A DNA stretch of 64,000 bases from Felis catus. Its lineage: Eukaryota. The notes beneath the pieces were generated by a model. That model was not told where the DNA came from. It was given only the letters and a program-made list of their open reading frames with translations, and made no database searches. The stretch is taken from contig NC_058368.1 of assembly GCF_018350175.1 (NCBI RefSeq), positions 7,998,001-8,062,000 of the forward strand. Reading direction: 5' to 3'. This document shows, piece after piece, positions 13,306 to 24,510 of the stretch. Position numbers and translations under genes: made by a program. Within the stretch, counting starts at the first letter, position 1, and each line of letters starts with the position of its first letter.

Positions 13306-13880
13306 AAAAGAATATCAAAGGCCACTGGCAGCATTGTTCCATAGATTCTGCCCCTCACCATTTTTCAAACAGTGGAAATAAGTAAGGTTTTCAGGGACTG
13401 TTAAGTATTTTCTTTACAGAATTTGCCTGTTGGAATTAAGCGACAACACTAGGGTTTCATGAGACTAAAACCAGGGATAAAAAAATCACATCAATTCTAA
13501 GTAATTTATCACACCACATTTTCATTTCCCTAAATCCTAGGGGTACCTGAGAGATTTCCCCCAGAGAATAAAGGAAAATCTGTCCATGTTTTTCTGGTTT
13601 GTTCATATGGAAGACGAGAAAAAGAATTTAATAGAGATGATAACATGATCTTACTGAATTATTAACCACAGTTTACTGGAAAGGAAAAGATCCGCTGTCC
13701 AATTCGAAAATATTAAATTTAAAGAGCACTTAAAGCGATTTGCTTTTTGGCAGAGGCTAGGAGGGGGAGCAAACTGTATCGCTCATGATAGGGTGCCTCT
13801 TGGCCAAAAGAGAATGTACATTTTTATAGCGCCTGCCCCAAACCCACCATGATCAGAAAGTCGAGGATGAATTTGCTTAC

Positions 13881-14055
13881 CATATACGTGCACTGAGGTG
13901 TTAACGGATTTGAATGACGGGCCACTCTTCACATGACAAGTATAAAGCCCTTTGTCTCTGTTCTGCACATTGTATATCATAAGAACACTGTAGAACACAT
14001 TAGCGTCGGAACTGCGTCGGCCAATTCGTTGCCTTACAGAAGCTCTCTTCTTTGC
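13881..14055 (-). CDS. FLT1: FLT1 exon 7 (175 nt), Ig domain 3 second half: AKKRASVRQRIGRRSSDANVFYSVLMIYNVQNRDKGLYTCHVKSGPSFKSVNTSVHVY
   Basis: Overlaps ORF 13783..13998, extended manually to the TTTCTAG acceptor; GTAAGC donor; D-x-G-x-Y-x-C Ig motif. Confidence 0.97.
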
Positions 14056-15284
14056 CTAGAAAGAAAATGTATAACAAATGCAGAAACAGTCGTTGTTCAC
14101 CCGCGAGGGTACAGCACTTCTCAGGTTATGACGGAGAGCAACATTTTATGCCGAGAAGCAAACCTATCTAATGGCAAGATGTTTGGAAACTCTCTGTCTC
14201 CATGCGTTTCGAATACCTGCCCCAGTAACATTTGTTAGCACTTCGTTTTCTCCAGACGGACGTTCACGTGCGTTATCTCAACGGTTTCTCCCAACAACCC
14301 AGGGAGACGGGCAGCCTTGCTGCCCTTTGACAGGTGAAGAAACTGAAGTGTCAGAGACCACGATGGGCTGGAAACTCAGGCCTTCTGAGTGTCAATCTCG
14401 TGCCTTCCCTCTAAGCACACAGCCCTCTAAACAGTCCCCAGTTCTCCGTGCGTAGATATCACTAACTCGGGCAATCGTTATCTTTAGTGCCTGGCGTAAT
14501 GACTGCTTCTCGAATAGAACACCACGTGGGTTTTCTTTCGCTCTCTTCCTAGAAATGAAGGAGACAGTCCCGAGTCCTGGCTGCCACGTACTAAGCTGTA
14601 ACCGTCCTGGCCTCGCGATCTCGCTCTTTGGGCGATGCTCTCCAACTTCGGCCAAATCACACCAAATGGATCTGAGGACGTGCAAAGCCACCTACCCACC
14701 AGCGGTGGCAGCGGTGGGATGTTGTCCCGTGTTTGCCTCACTGAACACCAAGAGCAGGCCCCGGGGCTCAGCGGGTGTAAATTGGCCACAATGACTCCTT
14801 CCTGGTTTTGAGAAGATGAGATCACATTGCCTTTTCCTTTCATTGTTCCTTCCCCGCCCCCGTGTTTTAGCATTACATTTTATAACACATAATATGTTTT
14901 TTCTCCCTCTCCATCCTTCCCCATGAGGAGGCATGGAAAAGAAAGACTTTGGAAGCCGTGCAGAACTGGTCTTTGGGTCTTCAACTTAGCACTCGTCTGT
15001 GCCATGTTTAAGAAACTTCTACCCACCTGTCCTTGCACTGCCCTGTTGAAACAGACACACGGTTAGGCCACTGTCTTCCTTCTCAGCAGAAACCGGAAGG
15101 AAGATGGCAATCACCACCGTCAAAAATCAGACAGTCGGTCCCCTAAATAGAGTTACGGAAAAGCCCTCGGTCTTTGTAGGTATTACTTCTGTCTTCTCGC
15201 TTAGAGAACGCTTGCCTTCTCAAAGTTGAGTAACATTGGTATTGTTTCTGTCTTTGGAAAACAGCTGATCCTGGGGTTCAGATA

Positions 15285-15466
15285 TCTGCTTTGGTCTAAC
15301 ACTGCAGCCATCAGCCACACCTAGCTATCAAAATTAAAATAAAAGGGGCGCCTGGGTGGCTCCATCAGCTGAGCGTCTGACTTCTGTGGCTCAGGTCATG
15401 ATCTCACAGTTTTTGAGTTTGAGTCCCATGTCGGGCTCTGTGCTCAGGGCTCAGAGCCTGGAGCTG

Positions 15467-15515
<49 letters not shown>

Positions 15516-15693
15516 CTCTCTCTCAAAAAGTAAGACAAACATAGAAATTTTGAAAAAATAAAATAAAGTTTAAAAATCCAATTCCTTACTCACACCAGCC
15601 ACATTATGAGTGCTCATTAGTCATATGGGGCTAGTGGTTACTATATTAGGCAGCGAAGATCTTTCAATCACAGAAAGTTCTACTAGACAGCGC
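15285..15693 (-). mobile_element. MER3-like hAT DNA transposon relic interrupted by a Can-SINE
   Basis: ccagccacattatgagtgctcattagtcatatggggctagtggttactatatt...atcacagaaagttctactagacagcgc resembles the recalled MER3 consensus; left part lies before the SINE. Confidence 0.7.
15345..15560 (+). mobile_element. Can-SINE with expanded (CT)n
   Basis: Head, (CT)n and A-rich tail. Confidence 0.92.
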
Positions 15694-16518
15694 CATCTTA
15701 GAAGGTAACTGGCCGTCAGTAGATGCATCATCACACTCTGAGAGTAGAGCCACTAGCAGGGCAAGAGTTTCTTCCCTCCTGGCGTTTATGGAGAATATTG
15801 GATTTCTACCAAAACCCAGAAACATCACCCAGCTTGGGCTGTGCCGCATCGATCATACTAACACACGGCAAGCGGGTGCCGCGGGGACAGTTCGAGTTTC
15901 TTAACCGTTGATCACAGACTCCCCATCTGCACATTTTCAGACGATTGTTTGCAAGGATGTTTGCTTTGAATGAGGAAACCCGACTTGGCCTTTGTTCTCG
16001 TTTTTCTGAAGGACAGCACTGCCCCTTTGTCACTTCACAGACGGAGTACGGGATGGCTGGGCTGTAATATCTCCCCTCTCCAAACACGCTCCGATCAGGT
16101 GCCTGACTGTCGGCCAGTATCTTCAATTCATGCGCTGACAACAACTTTTTGTTGTTGTTCTTACAAAAGACAGTCCCTGCCTGGCATCTAGTGATAAATT
16201 TCTCTCTCATCTCTAAAGCCCAGAGAAAGTTTCCAGGGATGAGACAATCCCCTCTTCCACCCGGACTCATGCGATCGAAATACCAGCCTGGACACTTCAA
16301 AACAAAACCTCCAGACATCAAAAGACCGTATCTGTGCACACAGACTCCCAAAAGTCAGGCCAGGAAAGCATCCCAGCAAACCCACAGCTTCCCTGTTGAC
16401 TCCAACTGCCACAGGAGTCGGAATATCCTGATTTTTCCCACCTCGAAAACGCAGTGGCATTTCACTCGCCAAAAATAAATATCACCCTACGGGAGAAATA
16501 GAAAAAAACGTCACTCAC

Positions 16519-16655
16519 TTCACCGGGATAACTCCAGGTCATTTGAACTCTCGTGTTCAAGGCAGTGGTAGTTGTACAGTTGAGAGTAAGAGTGCGACCT
16601 CGTAGCAACTTGACTGGGCTTGGAGTAATTATTTGGGCATCTATGATTGTATTGG
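16519..16655 (-). CDS. FLT1: FLT1 exon 6 (137 nt), Ig domain 3 first half: TNTIIDAQIITPSPVKLLRGRTLTLNCTTTTALNTRVQMTWSYPGE
   Basis: Within ORF 16462..16665; TGCAG acceptor, GTGAGT donor. Confidence 0.97.
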
Positions 16656-16702
16656 CTGCAAGCACAAGAAATGAGATTTTGTTTTTTTAAATCAAAGTGT
16701 CA

Positions 16703-16912
16703 GGGGCGCCCGGGTGGCTCAGTCGGTTAAGCGTCCGACTTCAGCTCAGGTCATGACCTCACAGTCTGTGAGTTCAAGCCCCGCGTCGGGCTCTGGGCTG
16801 ACAGCCCAGAGCCTGGAGCCTGTTTCTGATTCTGTGTCTCCCTCTCTCTCTGACCCTCCCCCGTTCGTGCTCTCTCTCCCTCTGTCTCAAAAATAAATAA
16901 ACGTTAAAAAAA
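16703..16912 (+). mobile_element. Can-SINE in intron 5, antisense to FLT1
   Basis: Full body; degenerate TSD aatcaaagtgtca / aatcgaagtttca. Confidence 0.95.
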
Positions 16913-16992
16913 TTTTTTTAATCGAAGTTTCATTAAACAGATACACGCTGGAGCATTTTGGCTCACGTCCATGCCTCTGGAACACCACTTAC

Positions 16993-17155
16993 TTTGGCGA
17001 TAGGTAAGATAGTTTGTCTTGTACAGATGTCCGTTGACTGTTGTTTCACACGCCAGAAGCCCTATTTCTCTGTATGTGGCATTTGCTATTATGAAACCCT
17101 TCCTGCTGTCCCAGGTTATTCGTTTTCCATCAGGGATCAGAGTATCATGTGGAAA
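16993..17155 (-). CDS. FLT1: FLT1 exon 5 (163 nt), Ig domain 2 second half: FPHDTLIPDGKRITWDSRKGFIIANATYREIGLLACETTVNGHLYKTNYLTYRQ
   Basis: Within ORF 16904..17200; TTTCAG acceptor, GTAAGT donor. Confidence 0.97.
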
Positions 17156-18525
17156 CTGAAAAGAAAGAGATGGGCTTGAACAAAATCGCACCAGCACCAT
17201 GGCGATACGGCTTCACCGATGGCTTCTGAAAACATAATTTTCACCGAAGATGCAAACAGTACAGGTAAAAGCTCTAGTTTGTGCTAACTGGCTTTTTCGT
17301 TTTCTTCGCATGTAGCAAGAAACACACGATGATGATAAATTATAGTAATTATTGTAAGAATTCATTATCAGCCTCAGTGACGAGCCGCACCCACCCAGGA
17401 CGGACCCAGCTGTCACGTCAGACTTCCAGCGGGAGCCCTTATCACTTGGCCTCCGGGAATCAGCCTTGCAATAGACTGGCCTGATATTCGGTAGAGAAAC
17501 CACTGAGGAATTTTTCCTCTGGGGCTGCCAGGTTACCCTCCCGAGTCCCATCATCTGGAGCTTTTAATAAGCCATAACTTGTCCTCCCATTTTTGCATGA
17601 CTTAGTAAAGAGGTGGCTGTCCTAAGAGGACCGTAAATAATTCCAAGTCCTTGGAGATGCACACCATTGACTTGGCTCTCGCTGGGGTTATCGTCTGGGA
17701 GGGAAAACGCCAATGAAACGGACAGCAGACACAGCTGCAAACAGATGCAGAGTGCTGTCATGAATGAAGTGCTCTCAAATTCTCAGAAGCATTCCCAAAC
17801 ACAGTGAGTCCAAACGGAAGAAAGGCATCCATGATGTGATTGGCCCTTATGCCTTCTGCTGGACGCCAAGGACTTTATTTTTGAAGACGGCGATATAAAC
17901 AACCCGCCTCGAGGTCCGGCTTTACTAAGGGGCATTGCTGCATACTGAGTGGTTCAGCCAAATTCCCCCGATGTCAGATCGCCAGCCCAATTTCAGAGGC
18001 AGAGCACCCTGGCTACCACTGTGACTTATCTCCCGCTAAAAAAGGAAAAAGAATCAGACCACCTTCCCACAACAGATTATAAAGGAAAAGGCCAAACTGC
18101 CCTGAAGAAGTTTCAGATCTTTTCTGTCTTCTTTTAAGAGAGTGCACCTTGCGTTCGCTCCTCTGTTTATCAATTATTTATATTGCTTGCTGAAGGAGCT
18201 AATCTGGCCGGGATTTGTGACTCTATGGCAGAAATTCCTATGTGAAAAGTCACCAGTGCCCTGTCTCCGAGAGCACGTCTGTGTTGGTCTATGTCTGTGT
18301 TTCTTAACTCTGAGAGGAACTGGAGCCTGTTTCTGAAGACCTGCACGCAAGTGAGGGATGCTCTTCGTGTTTCAGTAAATCGTGATTCCATCTGCAAACT
18401 TAGGAATGCTAGGTGGAAGAGAAAGAACCTTCTCCTCTAATTCGGTGCCCACGATGAAGGGAAAAGCTCGGGAAAATTGAAGTCAGGGATTGAAATTTCT
18501 GATGCCTTAACAGCAGGTGAACGCA

Positions 18526-18730
18526 GGGGCGCCTGGGTGGCTCAGTCGGTTAAGCGTCTGACTCTGGGTTTCGGCCCAGGTCGTGATCTCCCGGTTCGTG
18601 GGTCCGAGCCCTGCATCGCGCTCCGTGCTGACAGTGCCGGGCTTGCTTGGGATGCTCTCTCTCCCTCTCCCTCTCTCTGCTCCTCCCCTACTCGGGCTCG
18701 CTCGCTCTCTCTGTCCAATAAATAAAGCTA
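18526..18730 (+). mobile_element. Can-SINE
   Basis: Head, CT-rich region, aataaataaa tail. Confidence 0.9.
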
Positions 18731-19494
18731 AAACAGTGTAGCCGAACACAAGCATGTGCTGAATGTTAAAGGAAGGTTTGCTGATGGACTTCCTCAGCCC
18801 AACTGAAAAATATACTGAAGTCTCCTTTAAGGTTTTCGACTAAGTTTCTCTTACTCTCATCTACCCTTACCGCCACTAATAGTATTCCATTGACAAAGAA
18901 ACTGTTCAGAGGTGACAAGAGCTCATCAGCTACGGTGGTGGCTACGTGTGTCGTAAAGGGACAGGAGGAGGAGCGGCCTCGAAAGAAAGGACTGTACGGG
19001 AGGCTGTCTCCAGGTGACCTTGGCTCTGCCACCGCTGGCCATGGGGAGAGGAGAGGGAGGGGACAGCAAGTTAAAAGGGTTAAGAGGGGAAGCGGGGGGC
19101 GGGGGGCGCGGAGATCTTAGAGCAACTTTAGGGCAACACAGACTCGTTCCAGTATATACGGGGCAAACCCAAACCCCTATTAGAGCAACTATGCCTTGCT
19201 CTCTTGCTTGTGTGTATTAGAGATCTTAGGTAGAAAAACCGAGAAAACAAACTTCCGCCTCCAATTTGTACACGTGGGAATCTGGGAGTGTTTCTTACAA
19301 AAGATCAGCGATCTGCATTACAGCAAAAAGGCTTGCACGAAACAGAGACGTGCTGTATTAATCACAGAGCAATTATTACGTCAAACTATGAGGAATGGAT
19401 ACCATGCTTGATAAAAGAAATATCACTGGATAATCAATCAAGCATTGAGTATTAAAGTGTTAGACAGATACCCTCGAATGGGGGCTCAGTTTGG

Positions 19495-19706
19495 GCCAGG
19501 AACTGTGCCAAGGGCTTTTAGTGCATCACCTCAGCTACTTCCTGACACCCACGTGAGGCGGGTGCTACTGTAATCACTCCTATCTCTCCAGGGAGGAAAC
19601 TGAGGTGGAGGGAGTTCTGATAACTAGCCAGTTTGCCCAGCAGGTTAAGTGGTCGGGTGGTAAGAATCCAGGCAGCGTGCCACAGGGCTCTGCTCTGAAC
19701 CACGCT
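19495..19706 (-). mobile_element. MIR SINE relic
   Basis: MIR core-like gaggaaactgagg...ttgcccag...gaatccaggcag. Confidence 0.7.
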
Positions 19707-20893
19707 GGCCTTTCTCCTGTTACCAACTAAACCCTTAGCAAAGGTGGCAAGGGCATGGAAGGAGGAGTCAAGATACGGATTCCGATGGCCATTGTGGCCT
19801 GCGGTGGGAGGGTCTTCAACTCCAGAACCTCAGTTTTTCCTTCCTTCCTTCCTCTGGCCATTTCCAGCGCTGAAATATACTGCTTTTCAACATGGGTGGT
19901 GACACACGGATACAATGGAAGCCAAGACCTGTCACCGATGGACTAGATCGAGGGCTTCTATCAAATCAGTAATGTAGGAAAGTGAAGGCAAGGGAAGAAG
20001 ACGCTTCCATCATACTCCAGGATTCAAGGTCAACAGTGATAGCGAAAATCACTCTGAACTTTTCCAACTCGACTACCACCATCACCAAACTCCTCCGGAG
20101 TACCCACAGTGTGAGCCGTCGTGCTGGGTGCTGCCTTGGTGCTGCCTTGGGACAGCCTTAACTTCCCCCTTTAAAGCTCAAAGCTCTTAGGAGTCACCAC
20201 AGCTTTCCGCCTGGGGAGTTCTTGTCCGACTTTCAACCCTAGTCCACTCCCCAACTCTTACTGCCGATGAATTAGCCGGAATGTCACATTTTAGTCCTTG
20301 TCTTCATTAGATTCGACTCCAAATCTTTTTCCTTCTCCACGTGCATAATTTATAACACGGTATAAAGAATAAAAAAAATCTCAAGCGTAACTTTCTCTCC
20401 CCCTCTCTTCCCTTCTCCTAAGCAGCTAAGTTTGGATGCCCAGCAGGAGATAAGCTTGTCGTTACCAGGAACTTCGCGACTCAAACTCAAGGTGGTGGCT
20501 CCCTAGGCACTTGTCTCATCGTTCCGTCCTCAGCAAAAATCTAGATTAACCGCTCTCTGCCAAGCTACTGACTCACAGAAGCAAGAGAAGTGGGTTTTTT
20601 TTCCCCCACATCTGCAGACATTTGGATTTGTGGCAATATAGAAACATTCCCACAATTTTAGTTCTTTCATTATATTCACACACAGTTATGCCCACGTTAT
20701 CATTTTATTTCATTTAAATACATGCACGGGTAGGACGTCTAGCACTTATCCTTTATAGTCAAAAGACACTCCAGAAAAGTCCACTGAGCAGTCCGAATGT
20801 CTGTAAGAAAATCATTCCAGGGCGATAAAATGACGAATTCACCGCGCTCATTTGCAGTAAAGGAATTCTGAGAGAAGCATTGCTCGGCTTTAC

Positions 20894-21018
20894 CTTTTTT
20901 AAAGTAACAGTGACGTTAGGTGACGTGACCCGGCAGGGGATGACGACCTCCCTTCCTTCAGTCATATATATAATTTCAGGTATTTCACTGTGCATCTCTA
21001 AGAAAGGTCTATCTGTAT
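20894..21018 (-). CDS. FLT1: FLT1 exon 4 (125 nt), Ig domain 2 first half: DTDRPFLEMHSEIPEIIYMTEGREVVIPCRVTSPNVTVTLKK
   Basis: Within ORF 20759..21061; TTCAG acceptor after a pyrimidine tract, GTAAAG donor. Confidence 0.97.
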
Positions 21019-22166
21019 CTGAATGAGAAGAAAATGCAAAAAACAAAACAAAACAAAACATATATATAAGTGGTTGTATGAAGAACGTGTAGACATTATG
21101 GCTGGTGAAACAGTATGGTCATGTCAAAGGTCCCCCCATCACGTGACCCGTAAATTCACACATTCTCGTCTCTGAATTTGGCCCTCTGTTTTTGCCCAGG
21201 AAAAGAATGCCTCTATAGCGAACCAGGTTCCTTCTTCTGTTCCTGGCCTGGGGTCAGATTGCCCCTGATGCCCCGATATGCAATTGTGAAACGGGCGGGG
21301 TGGCGGTGGGTTTAAGTCACTATGGGAAAGAAACCGTGAAAGTGCAGGGAAAAAGCAAGGAGAGTATTCTGCATGAACTTCTTGCCACAGCTACGCTAAG
21401 GGCCTCAGGAAGCGCCCTCCGGAGCCTTCGTAAGGAGTCAAAGGGCCCTGGATGCGATGGTCAGTTGACTTTGGAGCACAGATGACTGGCAGATAGAGGT
21501 AATGCAGACGTATCAACTTGGAGACAGGATTCGCATTTGAGTGACAGAAGCCTGACTTCAAGACCATCCCCAGCAGACTAATCATGAATGAGAAGCTCTG
21601 AGCTGCTTAGGACAAGGGGAAAGGTTGGAGCAGCAGTGCTGAAGACCACATTCACTTCACAGGCACATCAGAGGTCTTTGGCACGCACTACATATCTACG
21701 AAGGGCATAACATGTGCCAGTGCATGCAAAAGGACTGGAAAAGGCTTTAAACCATCACCCAGATACCACCCTTAAAAAGTATGGCATCTGGCCAAGTCTC
21801 AGGGGCCAGAAGGATTCAAACCACCTGTTCAGCTTCCCTGTGGTTCCTCTGGGGACCAGAAAGGCATCATATGTCTTAGAAACATTTGCACGGTCTACCT
21901 TGCCCTGCCCTCAAGAGCCCGCTGCCATTTCGTGACCTCTTCAGGAGTCGCTGTGCTCCCATCTTCTGCCCTCGACTCCAGCCTTACACGCCCAGACGGA
22001 AAGAACCCCAGTGTCTACTCTCTCCATCTGGGCCTCAAAGACCCAACGAGGTCCCCACCTGCTTGCTGTACTTTAGGAAGCTCACTCTGGATGCCGGATG
22101 GAGAATGGAAAGAAACAGAGGAAGAAGTAGGCAGTGGTTGCCTAGACTAGCTGGTGGCCATGAGGT

Positions 22167-22575
22167 TGTCATGGGTAGAACCGTGTCCCCTCAAAACACA
22201 CAAGGTTGAAGCCCTGACCCCCAGGACTTCAGAGTGTGACCTCGTTTGGGTCAAACGGAACCACCGCCCATGAAATTATCAGTTACGTACGGCGGGCCCC
22301 TACTCTGGTGCAGCTGGTGGCCATAAGAAGACAGGCCTACGTTGACAGACGTCGGAGGGAGAAGCCACATGAAGACCCAGGGAGAGACTGGAGAGCCGCG
22401 GGTGCAAGTCAGGGGAGGCCAAGGATCACCAGCAACCACCGCAAGGTAGGAAGAAGCCAGGGAGGGTCCCCCTGCCGGTGTCCGAGGTAGCGTGGCCCTC
22501 TGACACCTTGGCTTCAACTTCTAGTTTCTAGAACGTGAGACAATAAATTCCTGTAGTTTTGATCCCCCAACCCCT
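22167..22575 (+). mobile_element. MaLR LTR (MLT1-like)
   Basis: tgtcatgggtagaaccgtgtcccctcaaaa...gtgtgacctcgtttggg...gccctctgacaccttggcttcaacttctagtttctagaacgtgagacaataaattcctg resembles the recalled MLT1 consensus. Confidence 0.8.
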
Positions 22576-24476
22576 GCAAAAAAGATGATACTGCTGGAGC
22601 CTGCTTAAGATGGAATCATTTGGTACACACTAGATACTAGAAAGACCCTATTATCACAGCCCAGCTCACATGCCCTAGATTTCTAAATAACTCCTCCTTG
22701 TCCTCTGGGAAGCGTGCTGGGCCGGCCCCTTCCTTACACCCTTTCTCCTCCCAGCCCACCCTCTGGGCTTTCCCCTGGGCTATCCCACTTCAAATACTGG
22801 ATGCTGAACGGGCAGGTTACTTCTCTGGCTACATGTTGGTTGGAGAATTCCTAGAGGAGAAGAAACAGACTGTAGTCATCCCCCTGACGTGCACTGAACG
22901 AACGGATGACCAAACAAGTGAACAAATGAACAAAATGGATGAAGGGCTACCCAACAACCCTCCTTTCACAGATGAGAAGACGGAGGTGTAAATATGTGAA
23001 GTGACGTGAGCAGAGCCAGGCCTGGAGGCCTCCTGACCTCCTTCCCCCGTCCCCACCCTCAGGGCTGGCACTCCCCCTCCCCTTCCCCCCTTACCCCTGC
23101 CCCCCTCCCCCCGCTCAGGAAGGGCTGCATCTGGCAATCGCTCCTCAGAGACTGAGGCTGATTCTCAGACATTCAGTGGGGAAAGGATGTGCCCTGTGTC
23201 CTACTGTCTGGCAATGGAGCAGTTCTGAGAAAAGGACAATCACCAAGGGGCCAGGGCGGTGAGGGGAAGCCTGGGCACAAGGCCCTTACGAGGCTGAGTC
23301 GGAGGGAAGCAACAGATCATGGTGGTTAAGAGCACACAGGCCAATCATTTTAGCCTCTGTCCTTCATCTGCAAAATGAACTTCAAAGGGTTCTTATGAGG
23401 GTTACATGAAGAACACTTACCTGGCAGACAGTGACCACTATAGGCGTGGCTTTTCTTATTATTATGAGAGATTTGAACTTAGGGACAGTAGGTGTTAGGG
23501 TATACGAAAATCGCAAATTATACCCGTGATCTTAACGATAAAAGGCAGAAATACACATTCATATATGGCGTAGGAAAAAGACAAATGAATACACTAAAAT
23601 GTTTGAGGAGTGGCTTTACAGATTATTTTCTTATTTACCTTTTTATAGATTGTCAGATGGTCTAGAACGAGCATATGTTATTTTACAATAACATTTTGAA
23701 TTATTGAAGGTACGTCTCGAATTCTAAAGCAGCGTCCATTTTTACTTGAGGAAAACTATCAATTCTGCATTGGATTTATTTCAGTTTTGCACGACAGAAC
23801 GGGACGTTAACTGCACAGTTAATATGATATTTCTACCGGGAGAGCTCAGTGGGCGTAGTGACATACGGAGGGAGGAAAAGTTAATTATGCAGAGACAAAG
23901 ATTCACTTATCAGCACAAAATTCCTCCCCTAAATAAAGTTGCTGAGCTAGACTTTCAGCCAGAAACTATTGGGATTTGATCATTCCTTTCCTTCCTCCCG
24001 TGAGTCTGTATTTTTGTCTTCTTTGTGAGTCCCAAGGTAAACACAAACACCAGGAAATGGTTTAATTCATGTAACTGAACTGTAGATCCTTCACATTTAA
24101 TTTGCTGTCTCCTTAAGCAATAGTTTTCAACAAAGGGCCCTGGCATAAAAAGTTTGTGCAGGAAACAGTAAACATCAGTGCAGTCATTTCTAGGCTAATG
24201 AATGCCAATCCCAAATGAAAACAGAAGAGGTAAACTCACCGTGCCTTTGAATTTCTCCTTTCCTGTTGTCACTTTGGGTCGCCCAAACGCTTGAGTTTTA
24301 CTACAGCCATTGGCCTTTAAAAGCCAATACCCATACCAGCTCTGGGCGCACCACGGTTCTGTTCAAAACTTCAGTGAATTGCGTCCGTTCCAACACAATG
24401 CAAGACACATCATCTGTATCAAGTCAACAGCAGTCTTAAAATCCACTGTGTTTGCAAATCGGCTGATGACTGCGGA

Positions 24477-24510
24477 TACACACACACGCGCGCGCACACA
24501 CACGCACACA
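24477..24510. repeat. (CA)n(CG)n(CA)n alternating purine-pyrimidine tract
   Basis: acacacacacgcgcgcgcacacacacgcacaca seen directly. Confidence 0.9.

Noticed and set aside
15806..16351. 181-aa minus-strand ORF in intron 6
   Set aside because: No homology I can recognise; exons 6 and 7 already join in frame
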